From IMG/VR virus record IMGVR_UViG_3300013414_000053, positions 25,685-89,684 of that record: DNA of 64,000 bases; one strand, written 5' to 3'. The number at the start of each line of letters is the position of its first letter. Positions within the stretch are counted from its first letter, which is position 1. The notes under the pieces are model-generated. The model saw nothing but the letters and a program-made list of their open reading frames with translations, did not search any database and was not told the DNA's origin. Positions 20,101 to 30,639 of this stretch are shown piece after piece. This DNA is from a virus. Taxonomy: Duplodnaviria; Caudoviricetes. A program made the translations under genes and the position numbers.

Positions 20101-21180
20101 ATGAGTATAAGTCTTAATAACCTCGCAATAACATCCACCGGCGGAGCAATGGCCTCAACAATGGGGGCATTAATGAATACTTTGCAGAGTAAGATAGCCA
20201 ATGGTGGTAGAGATAGTAACTGCAAATTTTACTATAATGATGGTGCCGGCGGCTCACTTCTTCAAGTAGCAGTCAAAGGTGTTGTCCGGGGCGCCGTGTC
20301 CGAATTAAAAAATGAAGCAGTCAATGCTTTTAATTCTTTGCTGAATGGTAAAAGAACCAAAGATTCTGTAGGTGCAGCATGGGTAGAGTCTGAACTAAAG
20401 AAGCAAGAGGTCGAGGCAAAAGAATATGGGATGATGCAAGTAGATGGTGGTACTATCTACGCTTTAGATGATTGGGGTGGCAAAGCCCCGGAAGCTCTGA
20501 TGTTGGGAATTGAACTTGATCAGAACATAACCGTCACTCAAAAATTCCCAGTGTATCGTACCAAAGTAATTGATGCAAAAAAAGGTATCTATAAAGAGCA
20601 AGAGCCTGAAACCGTAAATAATGTTGTCAATACAAAGACTTTGGTATGGTACGACACCACTGCTTTGATAACCATTAATTCCGATAAAAATCTTATAGCC
20701 ACTCGTGTTACTGGGCGTGATTATAGTCGTAAGGAACTTGTTTCCAATGGCGATATAAAATTCACTGTTTCAGGTCAAATCACAAGTGGAAAGCCAGACA
20801 TCTATCCTACAGAAGAGATGCAGAAATTCTACAAGATTATGCAATACAAAGGCATTATCAAGGTCAATAATATGGTTCTTGATATGCTGGGTATCACGCA
20901 TATTGTCATTGAGAACTTCAGTGTCTCTCCACGTCAAGGATACAAATCTCTCCAACAATACACCTTCTCAGCTATTGGATTGCAGCCGGAGAATGAAATT
21001 GAAATCTCTGAAGATACAATCTCGATCATACCGCAGAAGAATGTTTCCGCAAAAGAAGATGATGGCAGTGAATGGATGAAGATGTTGAACAATCAGCTTG
21101 AAGGACTTAAATCTATGGCCACTGATTTGGTTAAACAGGGCGTAGGTTTGGCTGCCGGCTTGCTGGAAGAACAATTATAA
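20101..21180 (+). CDS. Tail/baseplate protein (DUF6046-like tube initiator)
   Basis: ITINSDKNLIATRVTGRDYSRKELVSNGDIKFTVSG; position after tape measure. Confidence 0.6.
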   Translation: MSISLNNLAITSTGGAMASTMGALMNTLQSKIANGGRDSNCKFYYNDGAGGSLLQVAVKGVVRGAVSELKNEAVNAFNSLLNGKRTKDSVGAAWVESELKKQEVEAKEYGMMQVDGGTIYALDDWGGKAPEALMLGIELDQNITVTQKFPVYRTKVIDAKKGIYKEQEPETVNNVVNTKTLVWYDTTALITINSDKNLIATRVTGRDYSRKELVSNGDIKFTVSGQITSGKPDIYPTEEMQKFYKIMQYKGIIKVNNMVLDMLGITHIVIENFSVSPRQGYKSLQQYTFSAIGLQPENEIEISEDTISIIPQKNVSAKEDDGSEWMKMLNNQLEGLKSMATDLVKQGVGLAAGLLEEQL

Positions 21181-21182
21181 TT

Positions 21183-22826
21183 ATGGCATCAGATTTAACT
21201 TCGCTCCGCACACAGCGACCCGATCTGGTGCAACAGGTCGAGTACACACTTACCCCTAAATACTATCAGCATAAAGCCTATGAGGATAAACTCGCTATAC
21301 TGGTATGTCAAATCAAAATTTGGAAAGCAAATGGGAATAATTGGTTTTCCATACCTTCAGCCAACCAGTGTTTGACCATACGGGAATGTGAAAGTATTGA
21401 AATATCTGACTCTGCCAAAAATCTCATTAATAAAGCAGTTGTCAGATTTCCTCGTGGCACTGTTATCAATCTCTCCAGTCGTAAGGAAAAAGATGTGATG
21501 AGTGGTGATAAAGCGGATTCAACCGATAAAGAAAACACCCTCAAAACAGCCAATAATGATGGTGATGTCACCTCCACTCCTACTGCATTATTCACTGAAG
21601 ATGGTGTCTCCACCACCTCTATGGCTGCTAATTATGATGATAAGGGCTTAATTGACTTCAACCGCACCAAGACTGAAGCTGCATTGCTTAGTCCTAATGA
21701 TGTGGCCGTCGGTAATCGTATCGAAATACGTTTAGGGTACGCATATTCTGAAACCGAGTTTAAGAAGATGAACACTGCTGACAGTGATCCGAATATGGAT
21801 GTGGTGTTTACCGGCTTTATAACCGCTATTTCTGTTGATACTCCCTTGGAGTTAGAGTGTACCAATATGGCCCATATCCTCGCTTCTGTCAGCACACCCA
21901 ACATATCAGCTAAGGCCACGTTAATGGTCAAGGATTTTCTTGATGATGACGGAGAATATCATCTTTTGAAAGATACAGGAATACCTCTGGCCGAAGCAAG
22001 TAAAGGCTCAACCATTTCTGTGAGTGGTGGCTCTATCAGCAATAACTTGACCATTGTCGATGTGCTTACTGAATGGAGCAAGAGCGGTGTCCTTTGTATG
22101 ATTGAAACAAAATCAGATGGGTCCGCTCAACTGCGTGTTGGTCTTACTTATTATGCCGGCAAAGGAGGTGGGCTTCCCAATAATGATAAGAAGTACATTA
22201 CCTATAATGGGGGAAACAACTCAGTCAAACTCATTCAGTTTGATTGGGATGTTGCCCAGGATAAACTGAATCTGAAACGCAACGACAAGAAATATCTGGC
22301 AGTCGAAGCTCAGGGGCGCACGAAAGACAATCAATTTTTTAAGCTGACACTCCGAAAAAATCCAAACCCTGATGATGAGGGGTGGATGATTGAAAGTGAC
22401 GGTCAATTCCAGATTGTCAATCGCCGAAAGGTAAAGGATCGTAAGAAAATGAAATTTGTCAATGGTACTTATAGCACCAAAAGAATTGAAGGTCATCTTA
22501 CGGATCCGGCCAAGCTCGATAAGTACAATGTCATCCAATATCTCTCAACCAAGGTGGGTATTACTGAAGAAGAACTTATTGAGGAGGCAAAACAATATTG
22601 GGCCAACTACAACCCCAATGGTATATCAGGCTCAATAGTGATATTTGGTGATTTGTATATTAAACCTACCGATATAGTGGGATTGATAGATGTACGTCAG
22701 CCGGAGAAAAACGGATATTACTATGTCGAAGCTGTGAATACCAGCTTTGGAATGGGTGGTTATCGCCGTGAACTTCATATCCCTTATAAGATAGCCACAT
22801 TTTCAAAACCAGTTCAAATCATATAG
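21183..22826 (+). CDS. Baseplate hub (late control D / Mu gp44-like)
   Basis: RIEIRLGY...VVFTGFITAI...LELECTNMAHIL; GYYYVEAVNTSFGMGGYRREL. Confidence 0.75.
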   Translation: MASDLTSLRTQRPDLVQQVEYTLTPKYYQHKAYEDKLAILVCQIKIWKANGNNWFSIPSANQCLTIRECESIEISDSAKNLINKAVVRFPRGTVINLSSRKEKDVMSGDKADSTDKENTLKTANNDGDVTSTPTALFTEDGVSTTSMAANYDDKGLIDFNRTKTEAALLSPNDVAVGNRIEIRLGYAYSETEFKKMNTADSDPNMDVVFTGFITAISVDTPLELECTNMAHILASVSTPNISAKATLMVKDFLDDDGEYHLLKDTGIPLAEASKGSTISVSGGSISNNLTIVDVLTEWSKSGVLCMIETKSDGSAQLRVGLTYYAGKGGGLPNNDKKYITYNGGNNSVKLIQFDWDVAQDKLNLKRNDKKYLAVEAQGRTKDNQFFKLTLRKNPNPDDEGWMIESDGQFQIVNRRKVKDRKKMKFVNGTYSTKRIEGHLTDPAKLDKYNVIQYLSTKVGITEEELIEEAKQYWANYNPNGISGSIVIFGDLYIKPTDIVGLIDVRQPEKNGYYYVEAVNTSFGMGGYRRELHIPYKIATFSKPVQII

Positions 22827-22828
22827 TT

Positions 22829-23761
22829 ATGTCGCTTAAAGGAGAAATCAACAAATATTTAGGAGATGTCAGACGTTCTGTAGGGCAAATGGCCCGACAA
22901 GGGATGACTGGTCCTGATGGTGCTGTGCGTGGCACCAAGAAAATTCTGGGATATGTATGTGCTATTCACGAAGAGGGAGATTTAGCTGGCACTATTGACG
23001 TTCAGGAATTTAACTATGAACCTGATGAATATCCAATTATGGGTACTGGTCATCACGAAGGGGTATTGCTTTCTGCTATTCAGGATAATTCCCAGGGTGT
23101 GCTGATTGTTCCGGTGCTTTATTCGGAAGTTGTCATTACTCAAAATCCCACCGATGGCCGTGAATATGTGCTGATGTATAGTCACGCAAAGCGTATTCAA
23201 TTTTTAGCTCAATCTATCGAAGGTGAAGATGATGGGGAAATTGAGATTGGTGTTACCGAAACGGAAAAGCCTGTTGAAACAGATGATGGGCTGGATAAGG
23301 ATTATTATGAGCTGGAGCCTACCAAAAATAAAACCAACACAAAATATACTTCCAAATCCATCACTGATCAAATCACCTCTCCAGATGATGAAGAAGGCTT
23401 TAAGCAAGAAAAAACTGTTGAGCATAAAATTATTACTGTGGGAGACACCAAAATTACTATTGATGGTGAGAATGTGATAATCGAGACAAGTGGTAAGGTT
23501 TCATTCACGGTTGGAGGCACCAGCATTACTGAAGAGGACGGCTCTGTCAATATTAAGACCGATAAGGCCAAAATCGAAACAAGCAGTTGTGAAATCAAAG
23601 GCTCCGACGTAAAAGTTGACGGAACTTCAGTTACCATTACCGGTGGCACTCTCAAAACCAAAGGAGTATCAGCTACCGACTTAAATGGACCGTTCAATGC
23701 CATTAAAGTGTGTCCTTTCAGTGGCGCTCCTCATTGTGGATCATCAGTTAGTGGAACTTAA
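22829..23761 (+). CDS. Baseplate central spike (gpV/gp45-like)
   Basis: N-terminal OB-like region (VPVLYSEVVI) and C-terminal beta-helix-like repeats ending CPFSGAPHC. Confidence 0.7.
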   Translation: MSLKGEINKYLGDVRRSVGQMARQGMTGPDGAVRGTKKILGYVCAIHEEGDLAGTIDVQEFNYEPDEYPIMGTGHHEGVLLSAIQDNSQGVLIVPVLYSEVVITQNPTDGREYVLMYSHAKRIQFLAQSIEGEDDGEIEIGVTETEKPVETDDGLDKDYYELEPTKNKTNTKYTSKSITDQITSPDDEEGFKQEKTVEHKIITVGDTKITIDGENVIIETSGKVSFTVGGTSITEEDGSVNIKTDKAKIETSSCEIKGSDVKVDGTSVTITGGTLKTKGVSATDLNGPFNAIKVCPFSGAPHCGSSVSGT

Positions 23762-23763
23762 TT

Positions 23764-24339
23764 ATGAGTAAGTCAGCTTTTGCACAAACAATCATATCAA
23801 AACTCAAAAGTTCAATAGGCACTTCCGGCAAAGATTATTCTGCCGGGAGTGTCACTGCCGCTATGAGTGCAGTAGCAGCTGGAATTACTGAGTATCTGGT
23901 AGCCAACACTACAGTCGTAGTTGCTTATGTTGGTATTATCCCTGGCGTTCCACCTGCCCCAGATCCATTAGTGTCCGACACTTTTAAGATTGTTGGCAGT
24001 TGCGCTCCCACTGGTCCATCGAATAGTTTTGATAGTTGGATTAAACAAATTGAGGCCAATATTATTGCTGGATTTCAATTAACTCCAATGGGCAACGGAG
24101 GACTGGTTTTTCCACAAAAACCATTTTTACCGATAGGAATTGTAACAACTCAGGCCAATCTGAAAGCTACACACGATGTTGGAGATAAAGACCCACAACA
24201 AAAGGTCTGGGAAGTGGTATGTGGGGGAATTATGGACTGGATAAACAGTCTTGCAATGAATGTGACTCCCGGTGCCGCCACTCATCCAGCCGTATCATCC
24301 ACCGGCACAGCAACTATAACCAAAATAACCATAAGTTGA
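23764..24339 (+). CDS. Hypothetical baseplate-region protein
   Basis: Tight coupling to flanking genes. Confidence 0.7.
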   Translation: MSKSAFAQTIISKLKSSIGTSGKDYSAGSVTAAMSAVAAGITEYLVANTTVVVAYVGIIPGVPPAPDPLVSDTFKIVGSCAPTGPSNSFDSWIKQIEANIIAGFQLTPMGNGGLVFPQKPFLPIGIVTTQANLKATHDVGDKDPQQKVWEVVCGGIMDWINSLAMNVTPGAATHPAVSSTGTATITKITIS

Positions 24340-24351
24340 GCCATCAGATTT

Positions 24352-24359
24352 GACTATTA
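24352..24359 (+). promoter_or_regulatory. NACTATTA candidate late promoter element
   Basis: GACTATTA 23 nt before ATG 24383. Confidence 0.5.
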
Positions 24360-24382
24360 TAGATAAAACGCAGTCAAGAAAG

Positions 24383-25765
24383 ATGGTAAGAGACTTAATC
24401 ATAGATATGAAGGAGCGCGACTTGTTAACCGAGGACAAGTCCAATGCTTCAGTGCCGATGTTCGACTCATTGTGGGGTAATATCTTCGATGAGGATAAAG
24501 AACTTAACATTCTTATCTGTAACATTATTATTCCCGAAGCCTACTGGAGTATTGTAGGATATGAAGATGGCGAAATGACTTGCCGTTTCAAATCTTCATA
24601 CATACCCAATACCAGCAATTTCAGAATCAGACTTGTAGGATTACGCGATGGCAAGTATTATGTCTTTGAAAGAATCAGAGGCGATTTTGGTTTGCCAGTA
24701 AATAGCTATGTCCTTAGCAAGAATATTGCCGCCCCCATACCGGCTTGTATGCTTCCATTCATAGATATTGATGGGGAATTTATGATCAAGATGGTGCAAA
24801 ACAGTAAATCTGAGGTACTGGATAAGGCATATATCTACTCCGCAAAAAGCACTGACATCAGTATCAATTACAGTGATGATCAGGCTTCCCAGCTCCTGAC
24901 ATTATGTGCGCCCGGAAAAAGTTATAGATACCCGACAACTGGAGTGGGCATTACCAAATATTTGAATTGTGTAGTAGCTCATTCTGATTTACAGAAAGTT
25001 CTGGAAGCTCAATTTAACGGCGATAAGAAACCCATTCAGGATGCAGAATTTGATAACGAGACGTGTAAGCTCGATGTGCTTTTTAGCCCTGAAAAGGAAG
25101 AATCAGATATAGGCTTAGATGATATTGATGACCTCAATCTCTCATTCTTCAGTCTGTTTACCGATGAATATGTGCGACGCAATGTAGTTCTGAATGAACT
25201 ATCAGATACCGATTTTATGGAGCTGTTAAATGGCTATCCCTACGTTCTTAATATTCTTCTGTTTACGGACTATACAACCAGTGTTTCCAGAATAGCCAAT
25301 AAGGTCGAACCCGGTCAATTCAATGGTGTGGGAGAGATTGTTCCAAGTGATCAATACTACATCGTTTCTGATACCTTAGAGGCGAATACCATAGTTATGT
25401 TCAACGATGAGACCGAGGATAATGTAAAGGACGCTCCAATTTTCATCATCAATGATAACGATGAGACCCGACTCTATACCGCATTGGTCGAACAACCATA
25501 CTGGCTCACTGAAACTTGCCACAAGTGCTTTATCCTAAAGCGCCGGGCAGTGGTGAAATATATGATTCGCCAAGATCAATTCCACGCAGGAAAGGGATTG
25601 TATATGGTGCCTCAAACAAGTGCCAATATCAAGAATATGCTTGGACTGGTACAAGACATTCATACCGGCCGACTCCTTGGTATCGTATCAAACAGCACCA
25701 ACATCAGTGATATGACACTGGATGAAATCACTCAGCATATTTACGCAACTCAAATAAATCAATAG
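24383..25765 (+). CDS. Baseplate protein with internal gp25/W-like segment
   Basis: QASQLLTLCAPGKSYRYPTTGVGITKYL resembles gp25-like wedge motif. Confidence 0.55.
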   Translation: MVRDLIIDMKERDLLTEDKSNASVPMFDSLWGNIFDEDKELNILICNIIIPEAYWSIVGYEDGEMTCRFKSSYIPNTSNFRIRLVGLRDGKYYVFERIRGDFGLPVNSYVLSKNIAAPIPACMLPFIDIDGEFMIKMVQNSKSEVLDKAYIYSAKSTDISINYSDDQASQLLTLCAPGKSYRYPTTGVGITKYLNCVVAHSDLQKVLEAQFNGDKKPIQDAEFDNETCKLDVLFSPEKEESDIGLDDIDDLNLSFFSLFTDEYVRRNVVLNELSDTDFMELLNGYPYVLNILLFTDYTTSVSRIANKVEPGQFNGVGEIVPSDQYYIVSDTLEANTIVMFNDETEDNVKDAPIFIINDNDETRLYTALVEQPYWLTETCHKCFILKRRAVVKYMIRQDQFHAGKGLYMVPQTSANIKNMLGLVQDIHTGRLLGIVSNSTNISDMTLDEITQHIYATQINQ

Positions 25766-25766
25766 T

Positions 25767-28094
25767 ATGAGTATTAATAATGACAATATAGTCAAAATTG
25801 GTGTTGCCTTAAAATGGCGAAACACTTTTGACTTAACCAAGAAATACTACCAAGAGAACGTGGTCACGGCGTGTGGCTGCGTCTTTAGGTGTAAAGTATT
25901 GCAGGCCCAGGGGAAAACCCCAATCAAGATGACTGATGACCAGGGGCACATTGTCTATACCAATACTGATGTGTGGGATGTGCTGGTTGATATGGCATAT
26001 TATTACAATTATGCCGTTGATACTCGCAAACTTACACAGCAAATGTTGGATTATACCAAGAAACTGGATGAGGCTTTTCAAAAGCAACAGAAGGAAATCG
26101 AGGCACTTCAGGAGGACAATCGAGACCAATGGGGTCACATCAACGACATTGAAAAAGTCAATACCGAACAACAGCGGGAGTTAAATTCAATTTTTGACAC
26201 CATCAGCTGTTTCAGTGAAGGAATCTGGATTGATACTCTTCTGTGGAGTAATGAAACAATCTGGGATAACAACAAGTACGCCATTACTGACGATTTGCAA
26301 AATCAGATAAACGTTTTGGACGAAAACCATCGTCAAGACATAGAAGATTTAACTGAGAAGCATAACACAGAAATAAGCGCACTTGCTGCTCATGTCGCAC
26401 GCCAAGAGAAGATTCAGATGGGTATCAATGAGTACCTTCAGGATCAGGTGTATGATTTGAATAATTCTTTCAGCTGTTTCAACACCGGTGTATGGGAAAA
26501 TGACTTGCATTGGAGCCAGGAAGCATTGTGGGATAATAACAAATACGCTATCACTGATGCTCTTGCTGCTGATATAAAGAAACTTGACGAACACCTATCA
26601 AAAAGCGATAAGGCGTTTGAGGAGGCAATGCTTGAAAATGCTAAAGAGCATGGGTTAGTTAATACCCATCTCCAAAAGCATGATAGGGAAATGAAAGACC
26701 TTCAGGACCTTATCAAAGAGCACGATGAGCAGATTATCGACCTTATTGATACTCTTGCTTGCTTCAGTAATGGCTATTGGGATAATGGCCTGAAATGGAG
26801 CAATGTCGCTCTGTGGGAAAATTCTAATCTGATGTATAATATGTTTGAGGATATTTATTCTCAAATTGAAGGTCATCAGAAATCTATTGAGAATCTGACC
26901 AAAGAGATACAGAAAATCAATACTGAGAAGGAAAATACATTAAAGGTTATCAATAAGACTTTTGATGATTTCCGTAAGGAACATGAGGATTTCCGCAAAG
27001 AGCATAAAGAGTTTGCCAAAGAGCACGATGAGTTCAAAAAAGAACATCAGACCATAACCGGCAGACTCGATGGGCTTGATACCAAACAGGAGGGTCAGCA
27101 ACATGAAATTGATTCTCTTCTTTATCGCATTTCCATTCTCACCAATGGAGTATGGGATAATAATCTCTTGTGGATAAATGAATCTGAGTGGACCAACACA
27201 AATCTCAATGGTTCTTGTCATTGCCCGACAGATACCGAAGAACGTTTGGATGAACTTCAGGCAGGTCTTGAAGCCACAACTCAGAGAATATCTGATGCAG
27301 AAGAGAATATCAAAGTTATCATATCTGATGTTGAGGTAAACGCTTCGGTCATTGCTGATAATGCTGATGAAATTGAAATCATTAAGCAAAATGCGGTCAC
27401 AGAACACCAAAATGTCGCTTACCAGCTTCGTGCCATAAGACGTGAGCAAACTGCACAAGATGATAATATCGCTAAATTAGGTGAACATTTTGGCTGTTTT
27501 GTCGATGGTGTCTGGGGAGATCTTTTTATTTGGAATAATGACCACCTATGGGCTAATGGCGCCGGAGTAATTGATGAGGCTATTGCCGATACCAATGAAA
27601 GGATTGACGTAATCAGTGAAGAGATTGATAACATCAATCAGAGAGCCGAAGATCATCAGTCTGAATATCAGAAAATGCTCGATGACATCCGAGCTTATAA
27701 CGGATGTTTTGAGAAAGGCGAATGGGCAGACCCCTTCTTCTGGAATGATACGGATATATGGTACAACTCTCCCAATAGTATCTCCGAAGCAGAGAACGAC
27801 ATCATCAGTCACAACAGCCGTCTGACAGCTCTGGAATCTCAGTTTGTTCTCTTCATTCAGCAATATACTACTCAACAGACTATTATTGAACAGCACCAGA
27901 ACCAACTTGAAACATTAATGGATTGCTTTACAGTCCTTAATGTCGGGAAATGGCAAAATCTGTTGCTTTGGGATAATACCTCAAAATGGTCAAATGCCCT
28001 GATTACTGAAGCTGCAGCTTCTGTAGGGACTGGAGGATCTTCGACTGTAACAGTAAAGTCTTACGACCCCGATACAGCTACAGTCACAATCTAA
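25767..28094 (+). CDS. Tail fibre-like coiled-coil protein with seven W-x5-W-x5-W repeats
   Basis: Heptad-rich segments alternating with e.g. SCFSEGIWIDTLLWSNETIWDN. Confidence 0.7.
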   Translation: MSINNDNIVKIGVALKWRNTFDLTKKYYQENVVTACGCVFRCKVLQAQGKTPIKMTDDQGHIVYTNTDVWDVLVDMAYYYNYAVDTRKLTQQMLDYTKKLDEAFQKQQKEIEALQEDNRDQWGHINDIEKVNTEQQRELNSIFDTISCFSEGIWIDTLLWSNETIWDNNKYAITDDLQNQINVLDENHRQDIEDLTEKHNTEISALAAHVARQEKIQMGINEYLQDQVYDLNNSFSCFNTGVWENDLHWSQEALWDNNKYAITDALAADIKKLDEHLSKSDKAFEEAMLENAKEHGLVNTHLQKHDREMKDLQDLIKEHDEQIIDLIDTLACFSNGYWDNGLKWSNVALWENSNLMYNMFEDIYSQIEGHQKSIENLTKEIQKINTEKENTLKVINKTFDDFRKEHEDFRKEHKEFAKEHDEFKKEHQTITGRLDGLDTKQEGQQHEIDSLLYRISILTNGVWDNNLLWINESEWTNTNLNGSCHCPTDTEERLDELQAGLEATTQRISDAEENIKVIISDVEVNASVIADNADEIEIIKQNAVTEHQNVAYQLRAIRREQTAQDDNIAKLGEHFGCFVDGVWGDLFIWNNDHLWANGAGVIDEAIADTNERIDVISEEIDNINQRAEDHQSEYQKMLDDIRAYNGCFEKGEWADPFFWNDTDIWYNSPNSISEAENDIISHNSRLTALESQFVLFIQQYTTQQTIIEQHQNQLETLMDCFTVLNVGKWQNLLLWDNTSKWSNALITEAAASVGTGGSSTVTVKSYDPDTATVTI

Positions 28095-28154
28095 AAACTC
28101 TATTTACGAGGGAGTAATGACTCGTAATTTTATATACTTCACATAAATAACAAA

Positions 28155-29012
28155 ATGGCAGATCTTAAAGTTACACGCTTTGTCATTGGCGGAGAATCCT
28201 TCGTCATCCCAGCTGCTGCTTCTGACCAGGCAGGTTTGATGTCTCCTGAAGATTTCAACAAACTTGCCGGCATTTCAGCAGGTGCAGAAGCTAATGTACT
28301 GGAAGGTGTCAAGGTTAACGGGGTTGCTCTCAGTATCGCTTCCAAAATTGTCGATATTCTGATTGCAACAGGTTCGACCAACGGCACCATCTCAGTGCAA
28401 GGAACCGATGTTCCTATCAAGGGCCTCGCTGCTCTTGCTTATAAGGCCAATGTGTCAGCTGATGAGCTGGACGCAGCTTTGAAGGCGGTTATCGACGCTA
28501 AAGCCGAATCTTCTGAGGTATCTGTCCTCAGTGGCAAAATCGACACCCTTAACGGCACTGGATCCGGGTCAGTTTCCAAGGCGATCACAGACGCCTTCAA
28601 CGACTTCGCCACCAAGGTTTCCGATGATGGTGTAGTAAACTCCTACAAAGAACTCATCGACTGGGTTGCTGAACATGGTGGTGAAGCTGCTCAGATGACT
28701 GCGGCAATTACCAACATTGAAAATCTTTTGACAGGGATTGGTGGTGAAGGTGACCCCGCTACAGTCAAGGCCGCTATTGCCGCCGCAATCAACGACCTCA
28801 ACATTGGTAACTATTATACCAAGACTGAGGTAGATACCGCTCTGAATGGCAAAGTCAGCAAAGAGGACGGTAAAGGTCTTTCTCAGAATGACTTTACCAA
28901 CGCATTCAAATCCAAACTTGACGGAATACAGGCCGGTGCCACCGCAAACACTGTAGCGTATGACGCTGCCACTCAGACCGTCACGCTTTCCGGATTTTCA
29001 GTAGCGGAATAA
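28155..29012 (+). CDS. Tail fibre/fibre-associated protein
   Basis: GAEANVLEGVKVNG and KVSKEDGKGLSQNDFTNAFKSKLDGI motifs common in phage fibre proteins. Confidence 0.65.
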   Translation: MADLKVTRFVIGGESFVIPAAASDQAGLMSPEDFNKLAGISAGAEANVLEGVKVNGVALSIASKIVDILIATGSTNGTISVQGTDVPIKGLAALAYKANVSADELDAALKAVIDAKAESSEVSVLSGKIDTLNGTGSGSVSKAITDAFNDFATKVSDDGVVNSYKELIDWVAEHGGEAAQMTAAITNIENLLTGIGGEGDPATVKAAIAAAINDLNIGNYYTKTEVDTALNGKVSKEDGKGLSQNDFTNAFKSKLDGIQAGATANTVAYDAATQTVTLSGFSVAE

Positions 29013-29031
29013 ACTCTAAAAACTTATCGCA

Positions 29032-29493
29032 ATGGCAGATACTTCAAAAAAATTCCAAGCACTCAAAATAGCAGGTCAAGATTTTAGTATTCAGTCTTGC
29101 TGGGAGCAGTTAGGACTTACTAAAACTTATATGCTTGCTCTTTTGAGTCGTGATGAGTACACTCCCGTTGCGACTCAACAGCCCACTGAAACAGACACTC
29201 TATATACAGACCCGGCAAGTGGGAACCTCGCTGGTTTCCACGCTGGGCAATGTGTAATCTACCCCGACAATCAAGTTTCTGATGGCTGGGGGCTTTCGAT
29301 TGCTAAGAATGTAGTTCTCAATGCTCAGGGAATACCTACCAAAATCGCTTGGTTCCACGCCACTGAGATGGAGAAACGGCTTAGTAATCTGGAAGAAAAA
29401 TTCATAATCACCCATTACGGCGTAATAGGTACTGGATTATGGATTAATGAGTATTCTTGGCAACAGGACGCTGTGTGGGATAACGGGATTTAG
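29032..29493 (+). CDS. Hypothetical tail protein ending in one W-x5-W-x5-W repeat
   Basis: C-terminus GTGLWINEYSWQQDAVWDNGI. Confidence 0.65.
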   Translation: MADTSKKFQALKIAGQDFSIQSCWEQLGLTKTYMLALLSRDEYTPVATQQPTETDTLYTDPASGNLAGFHAGQCVIYPDNQVSDGWGLSIAKNVVLNAQGIPTKIAWFHATEMEKRLSNLEEKFIITHYGVIGTGLWINEYSWQQDAVWDNGI

Positions 29494-29509
29494 AGTTTGA
29501 ATGACTCGA

Positions 29510-29517
29510 TACTATTA
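29510..29517 (+). promoter_or_regulatory. NACTATTA candidate late promoter element (DGR target)
   Basis: TACTATTA upstream of ATG 29555. Confidence 0.5.
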
Positions 29518-29554
29518 TATATAAACCAACAGTTTTTTAATTCAATTTTTCAAC

Positions 29555-30373
29555 ATGGCAGAAAAAGTTTTAACAATGGAAGATGACTGGGGTGCAAAGG
29601 GTGCCCAGGCAACTGGTGCTCAGGTCCAGAAATTCTTGAAAGATCAGATCAAGTCTCTGCATGACAAGGACGTCACTCTTCAGAATCAGGTCGACACTCT
29701 TTCCAACAATCAGCTGGAAGCTAACCCGCAGCTTCAGGCAGCCACTGACGGCTGTTTCGTGATCTACCACCGTAAGAGCGATAACTGGCCTTTCGCTGTT
29801 CCCTACTGGAAGTGGGCTGACCTCGAAGCCGCTGGTGAAGTTGCTGATGGTGTTCTCGTTCTCATTGACGGTCAGGCACCAATCATCGTTTCTCCCACCG
29901 GCACTCAGCTCACATGGTCGAAAAACGCTATCGCAGTCAATGCCGATACCGGCGGCGACTACAACAAAGCGTATGTTGACTACTCAGGCAAGACCCGCAC
30001 CGCCGCTATCATGGCCAAAGGTGTCGAACTCTTCGGTGAAGAGGAAGAGACCTGGATCCAGTTTGCGCCTGCATGGTGCAACGCCTACGATCGCTCCTAC
30101 ATCAATGACAATGGCGAAACAGTCGGTATCGGCGCTGGCCAATGGTGGCTCCCCTCTATCGCAGAGCTGATCACCATCTGGAAGCACAAATACGCCATCA
30201 ATCTGTGCCTCTCAGTCATTTCGGGCGCCAGCCCGCTGGTTGAGTCATGGCATTGGTCATCAACTGAGGGCTCGGCGGCGGGCGCTTGGGGCTTGTACCT
30301 GGACGGCGGCTTCCTCTGGCGCCCTAAGGTCGCGGGCAGCCTCTACGTCCGTGCCGTGGCAGCATTTCATTAA
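29555..30373 (+). CDS. DGR target protein (putative receptor-binding, C-type lectin/DUF1566-like C-terminus)
   Basis: WWLPSIAEL...WSSTE...AW...VRAVAAF; 3' end contains the VR. Confidence 0.9.
   Translation: MAEKVLTMEDDWGAKGAQATGAQVQKFLKDQIKSLHDKDVTLQNQVDTLSNNQLEANPQLQAATDGCFVIYHRKSDNWPFAVPYWKWADLEAAGEVADGVLVLIDGQAPIIVSPTGTQLTWSKNAIAVNADTGGDYNKAYVDYSGKTRTAAIMAKGVELFGEEEETWIQFAPAWCNAYDRSYINDNGETVGIGAGQWWLPSIAELITIWKHKYAINLCLSVISGASPLVESWHWSSTEGSAAGAWGLYLDGGFLWRPKVAGSLYVRAVAAFH
30263..30369 (+). repeat. DGR variable region (VR)
   Basis: 107 bp aligning to TR 31140-31252: 20 substitutions all at TR adenines plus a 6-nt deletion; identical 3' tacgtccgtgccgtggcagcatttca (IMH). Confidence 0.97.
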
Positions 30374-30379
30374 CCCTTT

Positions 30380-30595
30380 ATCTCTTCAACCCTTTAACTC
30401 TTCGGAGCGTAGCGACGAGCGAGCGAAGCGAGCATAAGGGTTGAAGAGATCCACACATTCAACTTATCTCAAAGTTGTTGTCGCCATCTTTGGAAGGTTC
30501 AGGATTATGTTCCAGAACTTTGAGATAAGCAATGTGTGTCAATGGGTTATCCAAATGATGATTGAGCTGGTTATCTCTTTGGTAATCAGCTCAAT
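30380..30595. repeat. Three tandem inverted repeats downstream of VR
   Basis: 30380-30394/30436-30450 (15 bp perfect); 30463-30476/30516-30529 (14 bp perfect); 30561-30575/30581-30595 (with two G-U). Confidence 0.85.
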
Positions 30596-30639
30596 ATACG
30601 ATAAATGATTAAAGCAGTGTATGTTAAAACCCCGTTGCG

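Noticed and set aside
12335-27885. Intragenic NACTATTA copies at 12335 and 27878 as promoters
   Set aside because: Both are roughly 270-310 nt from the next start and within the number expected by chance.
25767-29493. Additional DGR target VRs in the upstream fibre genes
   Set aside because: No similarity to TR or the IMH sequence seen at their 3' ends; the Trp repeats are unrelated to TR.
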